Positions 12,524 to 24,900 of a DNA stretch of 64,000 bases are shown piece after piece. Under the pieces are notes generated by a model that worked only from the letters and a program-made list of their open reading frames with translations, had not been told where the DNA came from and did not search any database. Every line of letters starts with the position of its first letter. Within the stretch, counting starts at the first letter, position 1. The stretch is from Eledone cirrhosa (taxonomy: Eukaryota), in contig OZ024741.1 in NCBI GenBank assembly GCA_964016885.1, forward strand, positions 36,332,001-36,396,000. Reading direction: 5' to 3'. The position numbers were made by a program, and so were the translations under genes.

Positions 12524-14196
12524 GGCACTACAACGCTATTAGCTGTCAGTCCAAGCAGCCGATGGAAACAGGCGAAGGTGACGTCACTCGTCAAACATCG
12601 TTTATTTCCGTATTACTACCACGCGTAAGTGGAGTTTTCACGCGTTTTTTGGAGAGAGGGGGGGGGGGGGGGGTGAAAGGGGAAGACTTAAAAGGGCCAA
12701 ATTAGAAAACAAGTCATGGTTATAAAGCATATCGATGTAAGTGGAGTTACTTAAATGAAAATATAGGTGGCCCTTAAAAGGGCCAAATTAGAAAACAAAT
12801 TTAAGTTAATTAGAAAACAAGTCATGGTTATCAAATAAATTTGATTTATTCATTTATATTTTCATTATTCACCAACCTTATTCAAAAGCATGTTTAGAAA
12901 CATTTTGTTCACTAACCTTATTCAAATGCATGGAATCAGATGACGGATATGTTCTAATAACTTTTGGAAAATTTCTCCACATGAATTTAATGAGATGGTT
13001 TTGAAGCAAATTTCTGGCTGTCCTGTTTTCCCTTTTATTCCTATTTTTTTACGTGTTTCCACAAGCATTCTATGTGATTCGTTGTGGCAAATGTTACTGG
13101 ATCAACAAAATTGATCGAATGGTTCACCGTCAAATGTTGATAGCCTAGCTGATCGGTCGTATTATAGGAACGTCATAGATCAGATATTATGGTTGTCCCT
13201 GGCAATATACGATCCTGTATAATGGTTAAAAGTGTCTCTGCTGTCCTGTCTTCTACTGCTACTAAAATACATCTTCTGGTACTTCTTTCCAAAGCACCAA
13301 AAACCCACTGTGTTTTCACAGAATGGCCACGATGGTATTTCCTTCTCACGAATGCGCTTTCATCAATCTCGACAATTCGGTTTGGCCCGCCAAGCTTAAT
13401 GTTTTGTGCCACATAGTACTCTGCACATACATCACGGCAAAAATTTCGCCAATCTGCTACGGCCACATTTGCGATACGACATTCCTCTGAAATCTTCTTG
13501 GCTAAATCTTCTTTTGCCCCAAAATATAATATATCAACTATTTGTTCACACTTCAAATTGCTATTTTCTAAAAATGTGCCTTTTCTAATAGAAACCTGTT
13601 TTCTACATGGTCTTTTACATGACCAGATAATCCCATCTGACACATTTTGTTTCGCTACTTCCAACATACATTGACCACATGAAGGGCAGACCTTTTGTGT
13701 ATTTAGAAGTCCTTGAATTTTCAACCAATTGACGGTATCTGCTGTAGTAGCGGTAGCGATGGTTAATTCCCTTAACACTTGGATATATTATAGAACTCAT
13801 TTTTCAACTTGCAGATGCGTGTATTATCACAAAGTGAAGATTAAAGTTTATTTATTTACACGTGGTGTTGGTGGTGATTGTTGCTGATTGGTGGGGATTG
13901 TCTCCATGGGGACTGTCGCTTGTCTCCATGGGGACTGTCGCTTGTCTCCATGGGCACTGTATCCATGCTTTTGAATAAGGTTGGTGAAAATAATTTGTTT
14001 TCTAAACATTTCTTCATAAATAATTTGATAACCATAATTTGGCCCTTTTAAGGGCCACCTATATTTTCATTTAAGTTAACTCCACTGTTGGTGAAAATGA
14101 CTTGTTTTTTATATTGATAACCATAACTATGAAAATATGTGACGTCATTCGTCAACCTTCCCCTACTTTCACTTCTGACAGCTAATACCATGAACT
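12524..14196 (-). mobile_element. Merlin DNA transposon core unit (~1.7 kb)
   Basis: GG-initiated left end; right end shares TATTAGCTGTCAG in inverted orientation; subterminal inverted repeats at ~12741-12790 and ~14035-14086; transposase inside. Confidence 0.8.
12940..13800 (-). pseudogene. Merlin / ISXO2-like (IS1595-family) DDE transposase, disrupted
   Basis: N-terminal CPSC..WSC..C zinc ribbon, then VEIDES, WVFG and IISD. A TGA at 13173-13175 sits where W is expected; reading continues RSY..GYQHLTVNHSINFVDP..TTNHIECLW, with a frameshift in an A-run near 13045. Confidence 0.9.
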
Positions 14197-14275
14197 GTAA
14201 AAATAAAAGTTCATGGTATTAGCTGTCAGAAGTGAAAGTAGGGGAAGGTTGATGAATGACGTCACATATTTTCAT
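14129..14275. repeat. 68-bp-arm hairpin of two back-to-back Merlin right ends
   Basis: 14129-14196 is the reverse complement of 14208-14275 with one mismatch; 11-nt loop. Confidence 0.9.
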
Positions 14276-15281
14276 GTGTGTATGTGCAAATTTCAATAAT
14301 ATTAAGACACCCTAATGGGGGTTAAACGCCCTATAGTGAAAAGTTTGGCCAATAAATGGAACAAGATTTTACGAACTCCTCCTATGGTTTTGGAGATAGA
14401 CCACCCCATAACCATATATATTCTGAAACTACATTGCCCAGGGTACTTGTATAAGTATATTTCATTTTAATCAAAGGGTTCATCGGGGGCACAAAACCGC
14501 CGCTGAAACTTTACCTTCGATTTATATGAAATTTAAACCATAGGTAAATGACAAGATATGATGCCTATTCACAAAATTTCAGCATATTTCAATAAAATTA
14601 AAATACCCTAATGGGGGTTAAACCCCTATTAGGGTTCACCGGTGGCACAAACCCCTGCTGAAAATGTTTTCCCTTCCATTTATATGCAATTTAAACCATA
14701 GGTAAACGACAAGATATGATGCCTATTCACATCATTTCAGCAAATTTCAATAAAATTACAATACCCTAATGGGGGTTAAACCCCCTATTAGGGTTCACCA
14801 GGGGGCACAAAATCCCCGCTGAAAATGTTTTCTGTTCGATTTATATGCAATTTAAACCATAGATAAAGGAAGAGATATGATGCCTATTCACAAAATTTCA
14901 ATACTATAAGACACCTTAATGGTGGTTAAACCCCCTATTAGGGTTCCCTGGGGTACAAACCCCCACTGAAAACTTTTCCCTTTCGATTTATATGAAACTT
15001 AAACCATAGGTAAATGACAAGATATGATGCCTATTCACAAAAGTTTTTAATTGATATTTTGAAAAAAATTATTTACAAGAAACAAAATAAGAATAAGATT
15101 TAATAATGCAATTTTGATTTGATATATTACAAAAAATGATGTTTTCCAATTTTACATGCAATATATTTTACATTGAGTAATATTGAATTTTTCTCCATAA
15201 ATTATATCACTGATTTAAAATCAATCATTTTCTTACAAAAAAAATGTGTGAAACGCAGCAAGGCGCTGGTAATTCGGCTAG
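14276..15281 (+). mobile_element. non-autonomous Helitron-like element with internal ~155-bp tandem repeats
   Basis: 3' end GCAGCAAGGCGCTGG (hairpin) followed by CTAG then T at 15255-15282. Units marked by AAACCATAG(G/A)TAAA at ~14536, 14693, 14855 and 15001. No 5' TC end identified. Confidence 0.55.
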
Positions 15282-15324
15282 TATATATATATATGTGAGC
15301 GTGTGTATATATATATATGTGTGT

Positions 15325-16305
15325 GTGTGTGCTCATTATGTAGGAGAGGTGTAGGTAGAAACTCCATCCTCTGCCCCATATGCAAACTATGGGTACACAA
15401 GAGATGTAGTGGGATCTCGGGAAGTTTAGTTAAGAATGTAGGCTTTACATGTAGCAGTTGCACCAGGACAGTAAGCAGCAAACAATCACTGAAAACAAGT
15501 GACATCAAAGTCTGGGAGGACTGGGTAAAAACAATACCGAATTAGCAGCGGGGGGGGGGGGGGGGGGTTCTGAAAGAAGTTGAGGGAGCTACTGCCACAG
15601 CTGGATACAAAAGGCTTTTCCCTCAGAATAAAAGGTAGACTGTATGATGTGTGCATATGAACGGTAATGTTGCATGGTAGTGAGAGCTGGGCGCTGTGTG
15701 TAGAAGACTTGCGTAGATTAGAAAGGAATGAAGCTTGTATGCTCCGATGGATGTGTAATAGTAATATACGCGAACAGCAAAGCATAAACAAACTGAAAGA
15801 GAAACTAGGCATAAGAGGAATCAAATGTGTGCAGGAGAGGAGATTATGTTGGTATGGACATGTGATTCGTATGAAGGATGACAGCTACATAAAGTCCCAG
15901 AAAGACTTGAGATGAAGTGATAAAAGCCGACCTTGCCCAATTACACCCCTGAAAGGCAATGACACAGGACCAAGATCTCTGGCGTTATGAGGTAATACAG
16001 AAACCCCAACTTCCCACGGGCCCAGGCCAAGGCTGAAACATACATACAGTATGCACCACTTCATCCCACCCGCCAATATATCTTTCATGAGAACAGGCCG
16101 AAACACTGTAAAGTGGTCGTGTTGGTGACACGGTAAAAAACACCCAGTCCACACTGTAAAGTAGTCATGGAGGAATCACAACAAAAAACACCCAGTACTC
16201 ATTGTAAATGAGCTTGGAATTAGGAAGGGCATCCAGCTGTAGAAACCAAGCCAAAATCAGTTCTTTATGAGCAAGACATGGTCACCTGACCTAACATTGC
16301 CAACA
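15325..16305 (+). mobile_element. decayed RTE-A-like 3' fragment
   Basis: Peptides CSLCRRGVGRNSILCPICKLWVHKRC and MLHGSESW..LERNEACMLRWMC, with frameshifts, followed by the 3' UTR. Confidence 0.88.
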
Positions 16306-16310
16306 ATAGA

Positions 16311-16693
16311 AGGCACATGGCTCAGTGGTTAGAGCATTGGGCTTGCAATTGAAAGGTTGTGAGTTTAATTCTCAGACCAGGTGATGTGTTGTTTTCTTGA
16401 GCAAGACACTTTATTTCACATTGCTCCAGTTTACTCAGCTGTAGAAATGAGATGATAGGACTGGGGTCCTTATCATTCCACTGCAAAGTGGTCGTGGAGG
16501 TGGCACGGCAAAAAAAAAAAAAAATACCCACCACTCACTGTAAATGAGGTTGGTGTTAGGAAGGGCATCCAGCTGTAGAAATCAAGACAGAATTAGTTCC
16601 CGTATGAGCAAGACAAGGTCAGCCGACCGGACACTGCCCACAACAGGACAACCCATGCTAGCATAGAAGAACTGACATAAAATGATGATGATG
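16311..16693 (+). mobile_element. tRNA-derived CORE-like SINE family 2 with RTE-derived 3' tail
   Basis: A-box TGGCTCAGTGG, B-box-like GAGTTTAATTC, CORE-like CTTGAGCAAGACACTT...CTCAGCTGTAGAAATG, then sequence shared with the RTE-A 3' UTR and a GAT tail. Confidence 0.8.
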
Positions 16694-16699
16694 AAATAT

Positions 16700-17085
16700 A
16701 ACAGAGTTTTATAGCTCGCTTGAAGCATTGATGAATAGGAAACACAAATTTAAATTTTGAAAACCAAGTTGAGGGCCTTTGAACCCCAGGCTATTGCAAT
16801 AACTGCTCCTGATTTTAGATGTGGAAGACGGGACCTTTGGTACCACACAGTGACGTCCTGTTCGAGAATTGGTCCAGCTCTCGATACGAAAGTTTGGTCT
16901 TAGTCCCCCCCAGGATTTTCCATATGTATATCTCTCCCGTCTTCATTCCGAGGAGTAGAGTTTCAGTTCTTTTAGACTCTCCCAGTAGTTTTTCTCCATC
17001 GTGGCAACCTTCTTGGTGTAGCTGCATTGGATTGCTTCAAGCTCCATGGTTAGTTTGATACAATGGGGGTGACCACAGCTGGGAG
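16700..17085 (-). mobile_element. decayed CR1/L2-group LINE fragment (RT C-terminal region)
   Basis: Minus-strand translation gives LEAIQCSYTKKVATMEKNYWESLKELKLYS.E*RRERY and, downstream, NSLGFKGPQL. Confidence 0.6.
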
Positions 17086-17086
17086 C

Positions 17087-17450
17087 ATTCATCATTTCAT
17101 TTTACGTCCACTTTTTCCCTGCTTGCAAGGGTGGGACGGGAACTGATTCTGGCTTGATTTCTACAACTGGATGCCCTTCCTAACACCAACCTCATTTACA
17201 ATGAGTGCTGGGTGCTTTTTTCCCATGGCACCTCCACATCCACTTTACAGTGTGGGCTGGGTGCTTTTTGACGTGGCACCTCCATGACCACTTTGCAGTG
17301 GAATGATAGGGACCCCAGTCCTATCATCTCATTTCTACAGCTGAGTAAACTGGAGCAATGTGAAATAAAGTGTCTTGCTCAAGGAAACAACACATCACCC
17401 GGTGTGAAAATTGAACTCACAACCTTTCGATTGCAAGGCCAATGCTCTCA
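17087..17450 (-). mobile_element. SINE family 2 copy
   Basis: Reverse-complement match to 16311-16693 and direct match to 48411-48739. Confidence 0.82.
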
Positions 17451-17513
17451 ATATGTATATACATATATATATATACTCACACATATATATATAAACTAAT
17501 ATATACACACACA

Positions 17514-17563
<50 letters not shown>

Positions 17564-17577
17564 ATAATAATACATAT

Positions 17578-18508
17578 GAGGACTAAAATCCAAAGAGGGC
17601 TCGATAGGGATAAATATATATCAATTATATATATTATAAATATATATCAATTATAAGAACCGTAGAGCAAATATTTATTAAAATAACAGATTAAAGTTTA
17701 ATCAAAGAATCGGCTGCTTTCACCCTTAATGGGATCTTCTGAAACTAAAAAAAAAATCAATCTGTGAACGCAGAAGTAAATATTTCGAAAAACGTTGCAA
17801 CTGAAAGAAGACAGGAAGACGGTACTTTGGTTCGTGGAGACGTAGTTTTAGGTATTCCATCCTGCTTGGTACGGGTATGTTCTTTGTAGAAATATTCAGA
17901 TGTTTCTGCATGATGAATATAAGTCAATAGAGTACTCAGTCAAGGGAGCCAAATAGTAATAATAATAAAGAGGGCTCGATAAGGATAAATATATATCAAA
18001 TATATAAGAACCGTAGAGCAAATATTTATTAAAATAACAGATTAAAGTTTAAGCAAAGAATCGGCTGCTTTCACCCTTAATGGGATCTTCTGAAATAAAA
18101 AAAAAAATCAATCTGTGAACGCAGAAGTAAATATTTCGAAAAACGTTGCAACCGAAGGAAAACAGGAAGACGATACTTTGGTTCGTGGAGACGTAGTTTT
18201 AGGTATTTCTTCCTGCTTGGTACAGATATGTTCTTTGTAGAAATATTCAGATGTTTCTACATGATGAATATAAGTCAATAGAGTACTCAGTCAAGGGAGC
18301 CAAATAGTAATAATAATAAATTTGAAGACTAAAATCCAAAGAGGGCTCGATAAGGATAAATATATATCAAATATATAAGAACCGTAGAGCAAATATTTAT
18401 TAAAATAACAGATTAAAGTTTAAGCAAAGAATCGGCTACTTTGACCTTTAATGGGATCTTCTGAAAGTTAAAAAAAATCAATCTGTGAACGCAGAAGTAA
18501 ATATTTCT
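17578..18508. repeat. ~350-370-bp tandem repeat, about 2.5 copies
   Basis: The marker AAAGAATCGGCT recurs at ~17704, 18055 and 18426. Confidence 0.9.
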
Positions 18509-18599
18509 AAGCCGACCTTTCCCAATTGCACCACACGACCATGACCTCTGGCGTCACACAGTAATACAGAAGACCCAACTTTCCACAGGAACATATAGA

Positions 18600-21500
18600 C
18601 AATATTTGTTTTCCTTTGTTTTTTTATGTCCTATCAACTAATCCGACCTCCAAAATGCTTGCAATTGACTATTTTTTTAGCATATTAACAACAAATATGA
18701 TTTCCACTGCAATTAAAAATGACTAGCTTTGTGAATGGTTTTCCACCCACTTTCTGCCTTCATTTTTCTACAAAGCTAAATAAAAAAATGCCAGATGAAA
18801 ATTTGTCACACCAAAATCAATAGCTTGGTGTGATGTAGTATGGTGTGGTTTGGTGAAGTTTCTACAAAGATAGTAATTTTCGACAGGTTTCCATGTCATA
18901 ATTACTGATAAGTGGAAAAAAATAGTCAATTGGGAGCACCTTTAATGTCAGATTGGGTGGTAAGCACACACACAAAAAAAAAAGGAAACGGGAAGAAAAT
19001 GTTTCACAGCAAGATCAATAGCTTGGTGTGATGTAGTATGGTGTAAATTGGTATGGTGTGGTTTGGTTTGGTTTGGTGAAGTTATGAAATGGAAACCAAT
19101 TCTAAACGATAGATTCCCATGTCATATTCATTGATAATGTGTGGGAAAATAGTCATTTGCAAGCACCTTTGATGTTAGTTTGAGGTGGTAACCACAAAAA
19201 AAAAAAAAAAGCAGGTAGCAAATTTGTCACATTGATCTCCATACCATTGTGTGATGTAAATGGTAAGAGTAGGTGTTCTGTAATAAATTTACCATATAGT
19301 GAAGTATGGTTCTGGTCAAGTATATGGTGCGGATTGGGGTAGATTAATGTGCTGTGGTGTGCTTTGTTATAAGTGAGGATTTAAATTTCCACTTTGATTT
19401 ATATTAGAAAAGAATTTTTCGTTCATTTTTGCATGTGCTATCAACTTCCAAGATGCTCGCAGTGGATTATGCTTTTAGCATATTAACAAAAAATATGACT
19501 TCCGCTGCAATAAAAAATGACTAGCTTTGTAAATGTTATTTCCACCCACATCCTCCCTCTTTTTTCTACAAAGCTAGTCATTTTCATCAGGTTTCCATGT
19601 CATAATCATTGATAATATGTGCATAAAATAGTAGTTTGCAAGCACCTTTTATGTCAAATTCGGTGGTAAGCACAAAAAAAAAAAAAAAAAAAAAGCCAGA
19701 TGAAAATTTGTCACACCAAAATCAATAGCTTGGTGTGATGTAGTATGGTGTGGTTTGGTGAAGTTTCTACAAAGATAGTAATTTTCGACAGGTTTCTATG
19801 TCATAATTATTGATAAGTGGAAAAAAAATAGTCAATTGGGAGCACCTTTAATGTCAGATTGGGTGGTAAGCACACACAAAAAAAAAAAAAAGGAAACGGG
19901 AAGAAAATGTTTCACAGCAAGATCAATAGCTTGGTGTGATGTAGTATGGTGTAACTTGGTATGGTGTGGTTTGGTTTGGTGAAGTTATGAAATGGAAACC
20001 TACGATAGATTCCCATGTCATATTCATTGATAATGTGTGGGGAAAATAGTCATTTGCAAGCACCTTTGATGTTAGTTTGAGGTGGTAACCACACAAAAAA
20101 AAAAAGCAGGTAGCAAATTTGTCACATTGATGTTCATACCATGGTGTGATGTAAATGGTAGGTGTTTTGTAATAAATTTACCATATAGTGTAATATGGTT
20201 ATGGTGTGGATTGGGGTAGATTAATGTGCTGTGGTGTGCTTTGTTATAAGTGAGGATTTAAATTTCCACTTTGATTTATGTTAGAAAAAATATTTTTCCT
20301 TCATTTTTGCATGTGCTATCAACTTCCAAGATGCTCGCAGTGGATTATGCTTTTAGCATATTAACAAAAGATATGACTTCCGCTGCAATAAAAAATGACT
20401 AGCTTTGTAAATGGTATTTCCACCCACATCCTCCCTCTTTTTTCTACAAAGTAGTCATTTTCATCAGGTTTCCATGTCATAACCATTGATAATATGTGCA
20501 TAAAATAGTAATTTGCGAGCACCATTTATGTCAAATTGGGTGGTAAGCACAAAAAAAAAAAAAAAAAATGCCAGATGAAAATTTGTCACACCAAAATCAA
20601 TAGCTTGGTGTGATGTAGTATGGTGTGGTTTGGTGAAGTTTCTACAAACATAGACATTTTCGACAGGTTTCCATCTCATAATTATTGATAAGTGGAAAAA
20701 AAATAGTCAATTGGGAGCACCTTTAATGTCAGATTGGGTGGTAAGCACAAACACACAAAAAAAAAAAGGAAACGGGAAGAAAATGTTTCACAACAAGATC
20801 AATAGCTTGGTGCGATGTAGTATGGTGTAACTTGGTATGGTGTGGTTTGGTTTGGTATGGTGAAGTTATGAAATGGAAACCAATTGTAAACGATAGATTC
20901 CTATGTCATATTCATTGATAATGTGTGGGAAAATAGTCATTTGCAAGCACCTTTGATGTTAGTTTAGGTGGTAAACAAAAAAAAAAAAAAAGCAGGTAGC
21001 AAATTTGTCACATTGATCTCCATACCATGGTGTGATGTAAATGGTAGGATTAGGTGTTCTGTAACAAATTTACCATATCGTGAAGTATGGTTATGGTGTG
21101 GATTGAGGTAGATTAATGTGGTGTGGTGTGCTTTGTTATAAGTAAGGTATTAAATTTCCACATTGATTTATGTAAGAAAAATTTTTTTTCCTTCTCTTTT
21201 ACATGTGCTATCAACTAATACAACTTCCAAGATGCTCGCAGTGGACTATGCTTTTAGCATATTAAGAAAAATATGACTTCCGCTGCAATAAAAAATGACT
21301 AGCTTTGTAAATTGTATTTCCACCCACATTTTTCTACAAAGCTAGTCATTTTCGACAGTTTTCCATGTCATAATTATTGATAATATGTGCGAAAAATAGT
21401 CAATTGCAGCACCTTTGATGTCAGATTGGGTGGTAAGAACACACACAAAAAAAAAAAAGAAACAGGAAGAAAATTTTCACACTGAGATCAAAAGCATGGT

Positions 21501-21830
21501 GTGATGTCGAATGGTGTAGTTTGTTATGGTGTGGTTTGGATTGTTGTAGTTATGACATGGGAACCTATTGCAAATGATAGGTTTCCATGTTATATACATT
21601 GATAATGTGTAAAAAAATAGTCATTTGTCAGCACCTTTAATATCAGATTGGGTGGTAAGCACACGCACACACAGAAAAAAAAAACAGGAAGAAAAATGTT
21701 GTCACTGAGATTAATAGCATGCTGTGATGTAGTATGGTGTAGTTTGTTATGGTGTGGTTTGGTTTGGTGTAGTTTGGTATGGTTTAGTTTGGTGGAGTTA
21801 TAACATGGAAACCTATCATAAATTTACCAA
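18600..21830. repeat. ~0.9-kb higher-order tandem repeat (3-4 units) made of shorter sub-repeats
   Basis: GCCAGATGAAAATTTGTCACACC recurs at ~18790, 19695 and 20570; sub-repeats end in (GTGTG/GTTTG)n tracts. Confidence 0.88.
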
Positions 21831-21989
21831 GGTATGGTATAATCTGGTTTGGTGTAGTGTAGGTTAGTGTGGTGTGGTGTGTTATGTGTTGCATTGTATA
21901 GTGTGATTCTCTTTAAATTAAAATCATTAAAATGTAATGTCTATCTTCTATATCTTAAAGAGTGACCTTAAATGTGATTGCAAATGACT

Positions 21990-24900
21990 TTTTTCTCTGG
22001 ATTAATGTTAGATTTAGGGTTAGTGTTAGGCTAAGGTTTACTGTTAATGGTAAGTTTATTGTTAGTGACTGTGTTACTGTTAGCATTACTGTCACTGTTA
22101 GTGTTACTGTAACTGTTACTCTTACAGTTACTGTTTGCGTTACTGTCTGCATCAGCGTTAGCATTTGCATAAGTGTCTATGTAAGCTTTTGTGTTAGTGT
22201 CTATGTAGACTTTGTGTTAGCATCTGCATTAGTGTTTGGATTAGCCTTAGTGTTTGCGTAAGTGTCAGCATCTATGTCAGCATTTGCGTCAGCGTCTGCA
22301 TTGGTGATAGTGATTGTGTCAGCATTTCCCTTAGCGTCTGAGTCAACATTAGTGTTAGCATTAGTGTTTGTTTCAGTGCCTACGTCTACGTCAGCATTAT
22401 CATTAGCGTCCGCGTCAGCTCTTGTGTCAGTGTCAGCATTTCCCTCAGTGTCAGCGTTTGCATCAGCGTGCACGTCAGCATTTGCATTTGTGTAGGGGTT
22501 AGCATTTGCGTCAGCATCAGCATTCACATTAGCATTAGCGTTTGCGACAGCGTTTCCTTTAACGTCTTTGTTAGCATTTCCGTTAGCGTCTGTGTCAGTG
22601 TTTCCATTAGCTTCTATGTCAGCGTTTCCAACCGCGTCTGTGTCAGCGTCAGTATTTATATCTACATCAGCGTCAGCGTTTCAGTTAACGTCAGTGTTTC
22701 CGTTAGCTTCTACGTCAGTGTTTACGTTAGCGTCTGTGTCAGTGTTTCCATTAGCTTCTATGTCAGCGTTTCCAACCGCGTCTGTGTCAGCGTCAGTATT
22801 TATATCTACATCAGCATCAGCGTTTCAGTTAACGTCAGTGTTTACGTTAGCGTCTGTGTCAGCGTTTGCGTTAGCGTCTGTGTCAGCGTTTACGTTAGCT
22901 TCTACGTCAGCGTTTCCGTAACGTCTACGTCAGCGTTTTCCGTTAGCATTAGCGTTTCCATTAACCTTTCCTGTGGCGTCCGCATCATTGCAGCGTCTGC
23001 ATATCCCATGTAAGCGTTAACTTCAGCATTTGCGTCAGCGTTAGCCTTAGCCCTAGCGTCCGCATCAGCATTGCGTTAGCGTCAGCATACACGTCAGCAC
23101 CGGCAATACTGCCTCAACATTTGCGTCAGCGTTAGCGTTAGCTTTGGCTTCAGCAATCCGCATCAGCAATTGCGTTTTGGAGATCAGCTTCGGCGGTAAG
23201 GGTAAACGCTAACTTCTACGCCTGCTTCTACGTTAACAACTACGTCAGTGTTTTGTTAGCTTCTACGTCAGCGTTTACGTTAGCTTCTACGTCAGCATCT
23301 ACATTAGCCTCTACATCAGCTTCTACGTCATCGTTTACGTTAGCTTCTACATCAGCATCTACATTAGCTTCTACGTCAGCGCTTACATTAGTGTCTGTGT
23401 CAGCGTTTGTGTTAGCTTCTACGTCAGCGTCTGTATTTACATCTACATCAGCGTCAGCGTTTACATTTGCGTCTGTGTCAGCGTTTACGTTAGCTTCTAC
23501 GTCATCATTTACGTTAGCGTCTGTTTCAACGTGTGTTAGCATCTGTGTCAGCGTTTATGTTAGCCTCTGCGTCAGTGTTTATATTAACATCTGCGTCAGT
23601 GTTTACGTTAGCATCTGTGTTAGCGTCTGTGTCAGCATCAGTGTTTCCTTTAGTTTCTACATCAATGTTTACGTCTGCATTAAGGTTCACAGTAGCATCG
23701 CTGTCATCGTTTGCATCAGCATTTGCGTTTGCTTTAACATCTGCATCAACATTTGCGTCTGTGTTTGCATTAGTGTCTGCATTTGCTTTAGTGTTTGCAT
23801 CAGCGTGAGCATTTGTGTCAGTGTCCACGTCAGTGTTAGAGTCTGTGTAGCATTTACATCAGCGTGTGCGTCAGAGTCTTTGTCAGCATTCGTCTTTGCA
23901 CGTGCATCAGTATTCACGTTAGTGTTTGTGTCAGCGTAAGCGATTGTGTCAACATTTGCGCTAGCGTTTGTGCCAGCATAGCCATCTTCGTCAGTGTCAG
24001 TGTTGGCGTTAGTGTTTCCATTAGTGTTCATGTTTGATTTTGTATTAGTGTTAGCATTTTTGTTAGTGTTAGAGTTCAGGTTAGTGTTAGTGTTTGTGTT
24101 TGTGTTCAGGTTAATGTTGACTTAGTTTTCTGGTTAGTGTTAGTTTTCAGATTAGGGCTCGTGTTACTTTTAGTGTTAGTGCTCAGGTTAGTGGTTTATG
24201 GTAGTGTTAGTTTTAGTGGTAGTGTTAGTGTTCAGGTTAATGTTTGTGTTAATGTCAGTTTTAGTGTTAGTGTTCAGGTTAGTGTTTACGGTAGTGTTAG
24301 TTTTAGTGTTAGTGTTATTTTTTCCATTAGTGTTAGTGTTTTATTTTGTGTTAATGTTTGTGTTAGTGTTTCCATTAGTGTTAGTGCTAGTCTTTGTTTT
24401 TCTGTTAATGTTAGTGTTTGTTTTAGTGTTGAGGTTAATGTTAGCTTAGTTTTCTGGTTAGTGTTAGTTTTAGTGTTAGTGTTCAGGTTAGTTAGTGTTT
24501 TTTTAGTGTTAATTTTTATGGTAGTGTTAGTGCTCAGATCAGTGTTAGTGTTTGTGTTACTGTTTATGGTAGTGTTAGTTTTAGTGCTAGTGTTTAGGTT
24601 AATGTTAGTTTTAGTGTAAGTGTTCAGGTTAGTGTTAGTGTTAATGTTAGTTTTAGTGTTAAGGTTAGGGTTAGATATTGTGTTAGTGTTTGTTTTTGTG
24701 TTAATATTTGTGTTAGTATCTCTGTTAGCATTAGTGATTGATGTTTCCATTAGTGTTAGTGATTGTGTTAGTGTTCAGGTTAATGTTAGCTTAGTTTTCA
24801 GGTTAGCGTTAGCGTTCAAGTTAATGTTAGTTTTAGTGTTTGTTTTTGTGTTAATATTTGTGTTAGGATCTCTGTTAGTGTTAGTTTTAGTGTTAGTATT

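Noticed and set aside
13173-13175. In-frame TGA in the Merlin transposase as selenocysteine or readthrough
   Set aside because: It falls where Trp (TGG) is expected, and a downstream frameshift shows ordinary decay.
16311-16385. tRNA gene (also at 51775-51862 and ~61075-61118)
   Set aside because: A/B boxes are present but there is no complete cloverleaf; these are SINE heads.
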